Below are positions 6,482-13,508 of a stretch of DNA of 21,842 nt, piece by piece; position 1 is the stretch's first letter; the number at the start of each line of letters is the position of its first letter. The translations under genes were made by a program, and so were the position numbers. Below the pieces are notes generated by a model. That model saw nothing but the letters and a program-made list of their open reading frames with translations, was not told the DNA's origin and made no database searches. Origin of the DNA: an uncultured archaeon (GTDB lineage Archaea > Aenigmatarchaeota > Aenigmatarchaeia > GW2011-AR5); the NCBI GenBank assembly GCA_964373695.1, contig CAYJVT010000014.1, positions 1 through 21,842 on the forward strand, written 5' to 3'.

Positions 6482-9241
6482 TTAAGCAGCTGCTGTGCTC
6501 ACGACACCGTTCTTCCATACCACGGTGTTCTTGCCAGTCAATTCGCTGGCATGAGCATCGTAGTTCTGCAAGATTCCGGTTCCGGTTCTTGTGTCGTCAG
6601 CGTTGTAACCTGCAACAACCAATGCTGATTTGCCGGTTGTGAACGCGTCCGAAACAAGGTCGACAAGCGTTGTTCCAGGGCCCTGGTCAAGGTACCACTG
6701 CCTGTCCTTGGTCTTGGCCGCCGTTGCGAGCTCTCTTACGAGGCTGTTAACAGCAGGTCCGCCAACGAGGACCAGGTTCTTTGTCGTCTTGTCAGCTGTC
6801 GTGACCTCGGAGTCCAGTTTTGCTATAGGTGTCTTAACTGGAACTGCCTGCTTCACTGTGCTTCCCGTAGCGCCGGCTGATGCAGACGTTGTTGCGCCTT
6901 CAGCCAGGACGAACACGTCTAAGGTTGTCTGCTCGTCCGGATACCATATCTTCACGGTATCCTGTCCTGAAGTCTTTCTCTCCGCATACGTACCGTACAG
7001 GTCGACATATCTGTTGACGTTCGAGTCGGTGCCGAGTGTGTCCGTGTCTTCAACCGCAGTGAATTCAGGTGCCGTCGGTATTGCAACGTTGTTCGAGCCG
7101 GATGTTTCCGTGCTGGCTGCCACGTATGCATAATACACGTTGCTGGCGTCATCTTTCTCTTCAATGATGACGATGCCAGGCTGCACAGATCTTGCCGCGC
7201 CGGTTGCGTCCTGGTCGGCTGCGACTGAGATGTTTATCCATCCCGATTTTCCAGCGCCGGCGTTCGATATGTTGTATACCAGCCCGCCTGTTGCTGTTCT
7301 GCTCAGGTTAAAAGTCGCTGTTGCACCCGACCCTGTGGATATGTTGAGCTTGGACACGCAAGGCGACTGCGGGCATGCTGATGCCGTTCCGTCTTCCTGC
7401 GTTGCCGAAGAGAGGTTCAGGTACACGGTGGATGTCACTTCACTGTCCCATATCGTTACGGTGCCCAGAGCGCCGCCTGGCAGTTGTATTGTTGCTGTTT
7501 GGTTTATGTTCACGCTCGCGTTGGCGGTCGTGAATGCGTACTTCTCGCCGAGCTTGCCTTTTAACGCAGGGAATACTGTTGTATAGGTGCCGACTACGTT
7601 GTCGCCTGCGCCCGTTCCCCATGTCACTCCAAAAGTCGTTGACGACCTGTTCGTGAAGTAATATGTCTGGCCGTCTATGACCTTCGCGTCCTTGTTGTCG
7701 CTTGAAGTGCTGATCCTCAGCGTCGTTCCTGAGAACACATCCCTAAGGTCTATGTATGCTGATGTCGTGCTGTCAAGGTTCACGGTGCTGACCTGGAACA
7801 TGTGCGGAAAGTCACCAGCGTCAACAATGAAGTACTCATTGTTTGCGATGGTTTCGTTCTCGACCACACGTATCGCGTAGCCGCTCGAGTCTGCAAGGCT
7901 GAATGCCGTTCCGGTGCTCGCTGATTTGTACGCCCAGCTGACAGTTGCTGTCTCGCCTTTGTCGTTTGTTATGGTTGCCTTGATCAGGTTGTCCCCTGAA
8001 GGGTCTACTGAAAGTGTGTTTCTGTTTGTAGTGTCGTCAAGCCCAGGCGATACTGAAGGGAATGCCAGCTTGAAGGTCTTCCACACAGGGTCCATGTATT
8101 CCCCGCCAAGAGCAAGGAAGTCCTTGTCCGATGAGGCACCGCCTACATAAACGTTGAATGATGCAAGCTTGCCGCTTGAAACAGTCAGGTTTACGTAAGA
8201 ACCTTGTAGCGTGTCTTCATTCGTGCCGACTTTCACCTTGCTGCCGTGCTGAAGAATCATCTTCTGCGCGCCGAGCAGCAGTTTTGCCGAGTTAACGCTC
8301 TGGTCTGTGGATGAAAGCTGGAATACGTCGTCAATGAAGATGTCCAGGCCGCCGACTGATGTCGTTGAGCCCTTGTTGATTGTCTTCTGGTCGCTGCCTA
8401 CCTTCAGGACAACTGCTGTTGCCGAGGATGTACCGACCATGGTGACATCATATGACTTCCCGCTGAGCGTTACCTGCACGTTCTCGCCAGACTTGAGGAC
8501 CTTCGTTTCAGCACCGCCGGATATAACAAGCTTGTTGCTTGTTGAGGCGTCGCCGTTGATGAAAGTCGTGTCGCTCAGAATGGTGAATTCCTTTCCGAAC
8601 ATGGTTATTTTTTCACCAACTCCTGTCGTGCCGTTGAGCTCCTTGTCGAACACTACCGATGTCCTGTACATGTAGGCGTTTCCTGTCGTGAGTGTAAGTG
8701 GAGTAGGCGCCGTTGTCCAGTCACCGAAGCTGTATGTAGGGTTCTTCGTGGAGTCCCCTGAAGGCTTCTCGAATTGTGCCGAGAATTCAGGTACCGTCGT
8801 GCTTCCAGGTGTTAGGTATATGAATTGCTGGTATTTGTGTGTTGTTGAAGCGTCCGCATCGTTCAGAATGCCGGTTGCAAGCAATGTAGGCAGGTCGTCT
8901 TTTGTCATGGTTGATCTCAGACCGCTCTTTCCGAGGGTGTCGTCCAAGAACAGCTTCGTATTGGTTGTTGCCACTGCCTTGCCTTCTCCGCTCACGCTTG
9001 TAGTTCCGGACACGCCGGATGTCTTGACAAGCTGCGTCACTTCTCCTCCCAGTCTTACTGAAAGGTCTATTGCACCTACAACGTCAGATGGGGCAGCTTC
9101 TGCGCCTACAACTACCAATGTAGGTATTTCACTGCCGGAGACGAAAGGTGCAGGGTATTTGTCCAATTGCGCAAATGCCACTGACGAACCAAGCATCATG
9201 GTTGCCATGGCACCTGCAGCCAAAACTTTTCTGAATTGCAT
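6482..9241 (-). CDS. S-layer protein (Methanococcus/Thermococcus S_layer_N + S_layer_C type)
   Basis: Signal MQFRKVLAAGAMATMMLGSSVAFA; VVVGAEAAPSDVVGAIDL; C-terminal NLVLVGGPAVNSLV and LVVAGYNADDT; Thr/Ser-rich; 11 NxS/T sequons counted by hand; AGGAG SD upstream. Confidence 0.92.
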   Translation of the reverse strand: MQFRKVLAAGAMATMMLGSSVAFAQLDKYPAPFVSGSEIPTLVVVGAEAAPSDVVGAIDLSVRLGGEVTQLVKTSGVSGTTSVSGEGKAVATTNTKLFLDDTLGKSGLRSTMTKDDLPTLLATGILNDADASTTHKYQQFIYLTPGSTTVPEFSAQFEKPSGDSTKNPTYSFGDWTTAPTPLTLTTGNAYMYRTSVVFDKELNGTTGVGEKITMFGKEFTILSDTTFINGDASTSNKLVISGGAETKVLKSGENVQVTLSGKSYDVTMVGTSSATAVVLKVGSDQKTINKGSTTSVGGLDIFIDDVFQLSSTDQSVNSAKLLLGAQKMILQHGSKVKVGTNEDTLQGSYVNLTVSSGKLASFNVYVGGASSDKDFLALGGEYMDPVWKTFKLAFPSVSPGLDDTTNRNTLSVDPSGDNLIKATITNDKGETATVSWAYKSASTGTAFSLADSSGYAIRVVENETIANNEYFIVDAGDFPHMFQVSTVNLDSTTSAYIDLRDVFSGTTLRISTSSDNKDAKVIDGQTYYFTNRSSTTFGVTWGTGAGDNVVGTYTTVFPALKGKLGEKYAFTTANASVNINQTATIQLPGGALGTVTIWDSEVTSTVYLNLSSATQEDGTASACPQSPCVSKLNISTGSGATATFNLSRTATGGLVYNISNAGAGKSGWINISVAADQDATGAARSVQPGIVIIEEKDDASNVYYAYVAASTETSGSNNVAIPTAPEFTAVEDTDTLGTDSNVNRYVDLYGTYAERKTSGQDTVKIWYPDEQTTLDVFVLAEGATTSASAGATGSTVKQAVPVKTPIAKLDSEVTTADKTTKNLVLVGGPAVNSLVRELATAAKTKDRQWYLDQGPGTTLVDLVSDAFTTGKSALVVAGYNADDTRTGTGILQNYDAHASELTGKNTVVWKNGVVSTAAA

Positions 9242-9433
9242 TTTTCTGCACTCTCCTTTTTTATATAATTTGGTTTGTTTTCCGGAATCAAACCAAGCAC
9301 GAAGACATTTATGCTATAATTATAGCACTCATATCATCCTGCCTAATCTGAAACATGACAGCATTCCCTTTCATTTTCATATTACTGGGATTACTGTATC
9401 AGAATACGTAGCGTATTCTGACCAAATTCTGTA
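9242..9433 (-). promoter_or_regulatory. Probable long structured 5' leader of the S-layer mRNA
   Basis: Hairpins at 9399-9421 (10-bp stem), 9312-9327 (16-bp palindrome) and 9270-9296 (8-bp stem); long-range inverted repeat 9421-9428/9267-9274; SD at 9253-9257. Confidence 0.5.
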
Positions 9434-9434
9434 C

Positions 9435-9507
9435 CATATAAATGTACTTAGTATATATATAAATCTGACTTGAAACAGTTTCAATCTATGTTCCATATAT
9501 ATTTAAA
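9435..9507 (-). promoter_or_regulatory. Tandem TATA boxes with a palindromic operator upstream of the S-layer gene
   Basis: Minus-strand TTTAAATA (9507-9500), TTTATATA (9463-9456), TTTATATG (9442-9435); perfect palindrome TTGAAAC-A-GTTTCAA at 9470-9484. Confidence 0.6.
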
Positions 9508-9628
9508 CTTATTTTTAATCGTTTATAAGAGATAAATATGAAGATAAAATGTTCTAAAGTCAATATTTTACCATTTTAGATATCAATATCATTTTTATGA
9601 TTCATATGGTTTCAATATCGGAATATCG

Positions 9629-10522
9629 TTATTTTTGCTGTTTTTTCAGTCTTATTATGTTTGTCCTGCCCTTTGGAATCTTCTCAACCAGGCCTCTATT
9701 CATGAGATCCTGTATTATCCTGGATACTTTGGGCTTTGAAAAGTCTGTTTCCTTGATTATCCTTCTCTGGTCGACGTCCTTCTTCTCGTTTATGAGTATC
9801 TGCATCACCTTTCTTTCGTTTTCCGTGAGAACAGGGAGTATATTTTTTGAGCTTGTCCTGAATCTCTTGTTATATATCACAAAACCGACTATAATAACCA
9901 ATAAAGCGCCTATAATGATGAAAAGCGGCAATATTTGCTGGTTTAGAGGCTGTATTCCCTCATAAATTATCGATATATCGTATGTTTCTCCCAATTTTGG
10001 CGTATTCGATATCCATTCGATGTATATCTTCCTGCCGTCAGAACCTTCCCTCCCGAAAGAAGGCTCAAAAGGCTGCAGGCCGGTCCCCGAAAGCCTTGAC
10101 CTCTCAACCAACGCAGCTCCAAGCGGCAGTTTTATGTTGGCCATGAATCTGTCGGTGAACTGGGTTATCGAGAACTTGTATGCAAAGCGGTGGAGGTCCC
10201 TTATGTTTTCTATGTTGTTTTCAAGCCTGAACTTATACACGACTGTCTTAGAGTTAATGTTGTTGCATATTATGGATACGCCGACATTTGACGATGCCGA
10301 GCATTTTATTGGCCTGCCGTCTGCTGTGACCTCCAGGTTCGCAGGCATCCCGAATATGAAATAGTCGCTCTTGGATGTTATGTTCGTGTAGTCAAGTTTC
10401 ACGAGCCATTCCGTGCTCCCGTCGTCATTTATGGAGATATCTATATTATATTCTTCCAGGGACGATGCGTATGCAAGCGAAGACATCAATACCATGAAAA
10501 ATGCGGCCAGTATCGCTTTCAT
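9629..10522 (-). CDS. Membrane-anchored winged-HTH protein (COG2512-like)
   Basis: Signal peptide, beta-rich external domain, one TM (ILPLFIIIGALLVIIVGFVIY) and C-terminal LTENERKVMQIL...DQRRIIKETDFSKPKVSRIIQDLMNRGLVEKIPKGRTNII. Confidence 0.85.
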   Translation of the reverse strand: MKAILAAFFMVLMSSLAYASSLEEYNIDISINDDGSTEWLVKLDYTNITSKSDYFIFGMPANLEVTADGRPIKCSASSNVGVSIICNNINSKTVVYKFRLENNIENIRDLHRFAYKFSITQFTDRFMANIKLPLGAALVERSRLSGTGLQPFEPSFGREGSDGRKIYIEWISNTPKLGETYDISIIYEGIQPLNQQILPLFIIIGALLVIIVGFVIYNKRFRTSSKNILPVLTENERKVMQILINEKKDVDQRRIIKETDFSKPKVSRIIQDLMNRGLVEKIPKGRTNIIRLKKQQK

Positions 10523-10568
10523 TATGTCTATTATTTCCTTGTTAATTATAAATCTTGTGGAGAAAACT

Positions 10569-11018
10569 CTATTTTTGCTCGCGGCTTTTCGCAGGCGCGA
10601 TTATTATACCACCCATGCCGGCCGCCGCGAACTGGTGGATGACTCCTGAAATCAGGTTCATCATGTTCTGGAGTTCTGATATGCTGATATTCTTCTCGTT
10701 CGGGCCGAATATTTCTATCGATGACGGGCCGTATGTTATTGCAAGGCTTACTAGGGTCATCACGTCTTTCACAAAAAATCTTATATCGGCTATCTGGGAG
10801 TATGCCTCTTCGACGCCTTTCAGGGGATTCTTCACCAGCGTGGCGTCTGAAAACGTCTTTTCATACACAAAGACACCCTGAACTCTGCAGAGTTCATCTA
10901 TGTGCTTCGAAAGGGAATTCCTGACTACTTCTTCCTTTATGGCCAGGACCTCTATGGAGAACATGGTCTCTATCCACCCGTCTTTTTTCTTTTTTCTCAT
11001 CTCCTCCTTGGTGTCCAT
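10569..11018 (-). CDS. Conserved hypothetical protein (YGPSSIEI motif)
   Basis: Clean ORF with globular composition; start moved to ATG11018 because of SD-like GAGTGAT; resembles DPANN hypotheticals from memory. Confidence 0.7.
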   Translation of the reverse strand: MDTKEEMRKKKKDGWIETMFSIEVLAIKEEVVRNSLSKHIDELCRVQGVFVYEKTFSDATLVKNPLKGVEEAYSQIADIRFFVKDVMTLVSLAITYGPSSIEIFGPNEKNISISELQNMMNLISGVIHQFAAAGMGGIIIAPAKSREQK

Positions 11019-11078
11019 TAAATCACTCTTACAGTAAACTTTATATGCCGCGGACTGCATCTATCTCTTGTGCATTAT

Positions 11079-11372
11079 ATGGATAACAGGTATACGGGTA
11101 TTGTTTTTGTCGTCTTCGGCATCATAGCTCTTCTTGGCTCTGTCATATTCATGTTCGTTCTTCTTGTTGTGGGGCAGGGCCTGGATGCCATTAGGAACGC
11201 AGACCCCGAGTTCATATCCCAGACCGGGGCGGACCCGGCGAGCCTGCAGAATTTCTACCAGCAGACTGACCAGGTGATGTATGTCGGATGGGCATGGGCC
11301 GTCTCCGTGGTTATTTCGTCCTTGGCTTCGGTATACAGCGGCGTAAGGAAGCTGAGGCCGAGAAAGAAATAA
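11079..11372 (+). CDS. Hypothetical 2-TM membrane protein
   Basis: Two hydrophobic helices and a basic C-terminus; ATG11079 preferred over GTG11070. Confidence 0.7.
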   Translation: MDNRYTGIVFVVFGIIALLGSVIFMFVLLVVGQGLDAIRNADPEFISQTGADPASLQNFYQQTDQVMYVGWAWAVSVVISSLASVYSGVRKLRPRKK

Positions 11373-11429
11373 CGCATTCGGTGGCAGTATAAAAATGTTG
11401 GATGACTTACTTGAGCCTATATATGAAAA

Positions 11430-11516
11430 GCCCCGATAGCTCAGTTGGTAGAGCGACAGTTTCGTATGATATGCCGCAAGAACTGTAGGTCGTGAGTTCG
11501 ACTCTCACTCGGGGCT
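11430..11516 (+). tRNA. tRNA-Thr(CGT) with a 14-nt intron at 37/38
   Basis: Acceptor GCCCCGA/TCGGGGC, U73, D arm GCTC/GAGC, anticodon stem ACAGT/ACTGT, loop TTCGTAA after removing 11467-11480, T arm GTGAG-TTCGACT-CTCAC; CCA not encoded. Confidence 0.9.
11467..11480 (+). other. tRNA-Thr intron (relaxed BHB)
   Basis: TGATATGCCGCAAG; central helix TTCG/CGCA has 3 of 4 pairs. Confidence 0.8.
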
Positions 11517-11738
11517 CTTCTGTTTTGTGTCCTCTTCCCACCATTCGAGCCCGTAATTTCTTTTTTCCTCCTTCTTGGAATAGAGTATCATGACTATGGA
11601 AACGGCCGATATGAGAGGCGCCAGTATGAAGTACGTCATGAAGAACGGAATTACTATGCCTATGAAGCTGTCCAGATAAAGCGACAGGAAGAAGGACGCG
11701 AAGAACCCTATGCCGATGCCTCTTATGACGGATTGCAT
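11505..11738 (-). CDS. Hypothetical 2-TM membrane protein overlapping the tRNA-Thr 3' end
   Basis: Hydrophobic 77-aa ORF with TTTAATAA about 20-25 nt upstream of ATG; its last 12 nt are antisense to the tRNA. Confidence 0.65.
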   Translation of the reverse strand: MQSVIRGIGIGFFASFFLSLYLDSFIGIVIPFFMTYFILAPLISAVSIVMILYSKKEEKRNYGLEWWEEDTKQKSPE

Positions 11739-11803
11739 TATTAATTATTCTTTCCTTTATTAAATATGCCAAAAGCAAGCATTTAAGAGTTCCGCAGATA
11801 TCT

Positions 11804-12103
11804 ATGGAAATGAAGGAGGTCCTTGCTGTAAGCTCTGATAAAAAGGAGAAGGTCGAGGACATGCTCAAGAAGGACGAGGAGATAAACAGGGGGAGCATAG
11901 TGGTGAAAAGCGCCTCTTCCCTGGGGTTTGACGATGACTGTTACTTCATAATTATCGACGCCCCTGAACATGCGATAAAAAAGGCGCTGAACATGGTCTC
12001 GGGCATTGCGTCGGTCTTCAAGGACAAGAACAGGGTCCTGAAAAAATACGAGGAGCAGGAAGAGGCTGCCATGCAGGGGTTCGGCAGCATCATGGGCGAT
12101 TGA
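11804..12103 (+). CDS. Conserved archaeal hypothetical protein
   Basis: 99-aa ORF ending EEQEEAAMQGFGSIMGD; stop overlaps the next start (TTGA). Confidence 0.75.
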   Translation: MEMKEVLAVSSDKKEKVEDMLKKDEEINRGSIVVKSASSLGFDDDCYFIIIDAPEHAIKKALNMVSGIASVFKDKNRVLKKYEEQEEAAMQGFGSIMGD

Positions 12104-12504
12104 AGTTGTTGTACGACAATATATCAGCGGACAGTCTAAGGAATTTAGACAAATACAGGGAAAAATTCAATTTTCTTTACATGTGCAAGTCTTGTGCAAG
12201 GAGCTTCGACAGCATGGAGCCGGTCGGCAGCTGCAAGTTCTGCTCATCCGAAGGTCCGGAAATCCTTGACATGAAAGTCTCTGGAAAGGTCATGTACAGA
12301 TATTATTGCCCGAAGTGTGAGAAGAACCGCGTTACTGAATCTCTCGTGGAGAAATGCACCGGCTGCGGCAGCAAGCTCATACATCTGTACAAATGGGGCA
12401 AGAACAGCAGGAAGGAGCTCTTCAGGATGCGGGCAAGGGGCCTTGCAGGAAAGGCCAGGGGAAGTATGTTTAATCTGAAGGACAAGGCTAGACCCCGAAC
12501 ATAG
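12100..12504 (+). CDS. Double zinc-ribbon protein
   Basis: Four CxxC motifs (CKSC, CKFC, CPKC, CTGC); TTG start coupled to the upstream TGA. Confidence 0.65.
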   Translation: MKLLYDNISADSLRNLDKYREKFNFLYMCKSCARSFDSMEPVGSCKFCSSEGPEILDMKVSGKVMYRYYCPKCEKNRVTESLVEKCTGCGSKLIHLYKWGKNSRKELFRMRARGLAGKARGSMFNLKDKARPRT

Positions 12505-12775
12505 CCCTGAGCTCTTCTGACGGCTGCCACGGCGGCACGAAGGAGAGTTCAAGCTCAACGCCTTTGACTCCTTCCATCGACCTCACTTTATTCTTGACTT
12601 CTTCCATGAGCTGAGGCCCGTATGGGCACGCCGGAGTAGTAAGCGTCATCTTTATATGAACGTTACCGCCATTCACCCTTATCTCGTAGATGAGCTCCAG
12701 GGTTATTATGTCCATGTGCAGCTCCGGGTCTTCCACTGTTTTCAGCGTGTTTTTCACGTCTTCTATCGTGACCAT
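12488..12775 (-). CDS. DUF59/SufT (MIP18) Fe-S assembly-related protein
   Basis: LKTVEDPELHMDIITLELIY, KMTLTTPACP and FVPPW motifs; start at MVTIEDV (ATG12775). Confidence 0.92.
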   Translation of the reverse strand: MVTIEDVKNTLKTVEDPELHMDIITLELIYEIRVNGGNVHIKMTLTTPACPYGPQLMEEVKNKVRSMEGVKGVELELSFVPPWQPSEELRAMFGV

Positions 12776-12826
12776 AAAAGTATAGAAGCAAGAATCTATT
12801 AAATACAATGGAGAGGTTTGAAAAAA

Positions 12827-13327
12827 ATGTTCATTTTAGGCCATATCGGGTTCTCCTTCGCGGCTCTCTATTGGCTGAAAAGAAGGGCAAAGGACATGGA
12901 CTACAGGCTTCTGCTGCTGGGTTCGATGCTTCCTGATATCATAGACAAGCCTCTAGGCCTTGTGGCATTCGCCGATACGGTGTACAACGGGAGGATAATA
13001 GCCCATACTGCCGTTTTTGCTTTTGTTATAACCGTGATATCAATCAGGATGAAAAGCGCGAAGCTTAAGATGCTTTCGATGGGCATATGGCTGCATCTTC
13101 TTCTGGACTTCATGTTCCTCTATCCCGCGACGCTCCTGTGGCCGCTTTTCGGCGGCTTCAAGCCTCTGGCGTATCACCCGGATTTTACTGCGGAACTGGT
13201 GTCAAACCCATTCGTTTACACGACAGAAGCGATAGGTCTGGCTTTTCTACTGCACATCTTTGCCAAGCACGGGCTTTACAAAAGGGAGAATTTCATGAGA
13301 TTCATTAAAACTGGAAAGCTTGGATAA
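12827..13327 (+). CDS. Membrane-bound metal-dependent hydrolase (YdjM/DUF457-like)
   Basis: GH...GSMLPDIIDKP...GRIIAHT...HLLLD motifs; stop abuts the tRNA-Val discriminator base. Confidence 0.85.
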   Translation: MFILGHIGFSFAALYWLKRRAKDMDYRLLLLGSMLPDIIDKPLGLVAFADTVYNGRIIAHTAVFAFVITVISIRMKSAKLKMLSMGIWLHLLLDFMFLYPATLLWPLFGGFKPLAYHPDFTAELVSNPFVYTTEAIGLAFLLHIFAKHGLYKRENFMRFIKTGKLG

Positions 13328-13341
13328 TGGGTTCGGGCGGA

Positions 13342-13372
13342 AAATCGGCCTGCGAGCGAAGCTCGCAAAGCT
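13342..13372 (-). other. tRNA-Val intron 3 (31 nt, position 59/60)
   Basis: Outer helix GGCGG/CCGCC, central helix TTCG/CGAT (one U.U), bulges AAA and TTT, intron hairpin GCGAGC-TTC-GCTCGC. Confidence 0.8.
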
Positions 13373-13389
13373 TTCGAACCGCCGGCCTT

Positions 13390-13416
13390 TTATGCCAAAG
13401 CACTTAAATACTTTGT
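13390..13416 (-). other. tRNA-Val intron 2 (27 nt, position 42/43, relaxed BHB)
   Basis: Central helix GTGC/GCAT, bulges AGA and AAA, intron helix CAAAG/CTTTG; outer exon helix weak. Confidence 0.75.
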
Positions 13417-13425
13417 CTGCACGTC

Positions 13426-13441
13426 AACTGCAACATCGCTT
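13426..13441 (-). other. tRNA-Val intron 1 (16 nt, position 33/34, strict BHB)
   Basis: Central helix CTGC/GCAG, bulges TTA and TTG, outer helix ACGT/ACGT, intron helix AGC/GTT. Confidence 0.85.
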
Positions 13442-13474
13442 AAGCAGACGTCATAGCCACTAGACTACGAACCC

Positions 13475-13508
13475 GTTTTAAATTTGTGATGTTGAAAACA
13501 TTAAAAGA
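13475..13508. promoter_or_regulatory. Overlapping divergent tRNA promoters
   Basis: 34-nt gap with TTTTAAAT (13476-13483, +) and TTTTAATG (13506-13499, -), each about 25 nt from the opposite tRNA 5' end. Confidence 0.6.

Larger units (their letters stand above)
13328..13474 (-). tRNA. tRNA-Val(GAC) with three introns (33/34, 42/43, 59/60)
   Basis: Reconstructed mature tRNA: GGGTTCG TA GTCT AGTGGCT ATGAC G TCTGC TTGACGT GCAGA AGGCC GGCGG TTCGAAT CCGCC CGAACCC A; acceptor, anticodon and T stems pair perfectly. Confidence 0.88.

Noticed and set aside
9470-9484. TTGAAAC/GTTTCAA resembles archaeal CRISPR repeat termini
   Set aside because: It is a single palindrome with no repeat-spacer array and no cas genes.
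9430-9628. AT-rich spacer as a replication origin
   Set aside because: No ORB-like motif or adjacent cdc6/orc1; the S-layer promoter explains it.
11461-11481. Reading the 11430 tRNA as Leu(CAA) with a 33/34 intron
   Set aside because: There is no long variable arm; U73, C2-G71 and a BHB at 37/38 fit Thr(CGT).
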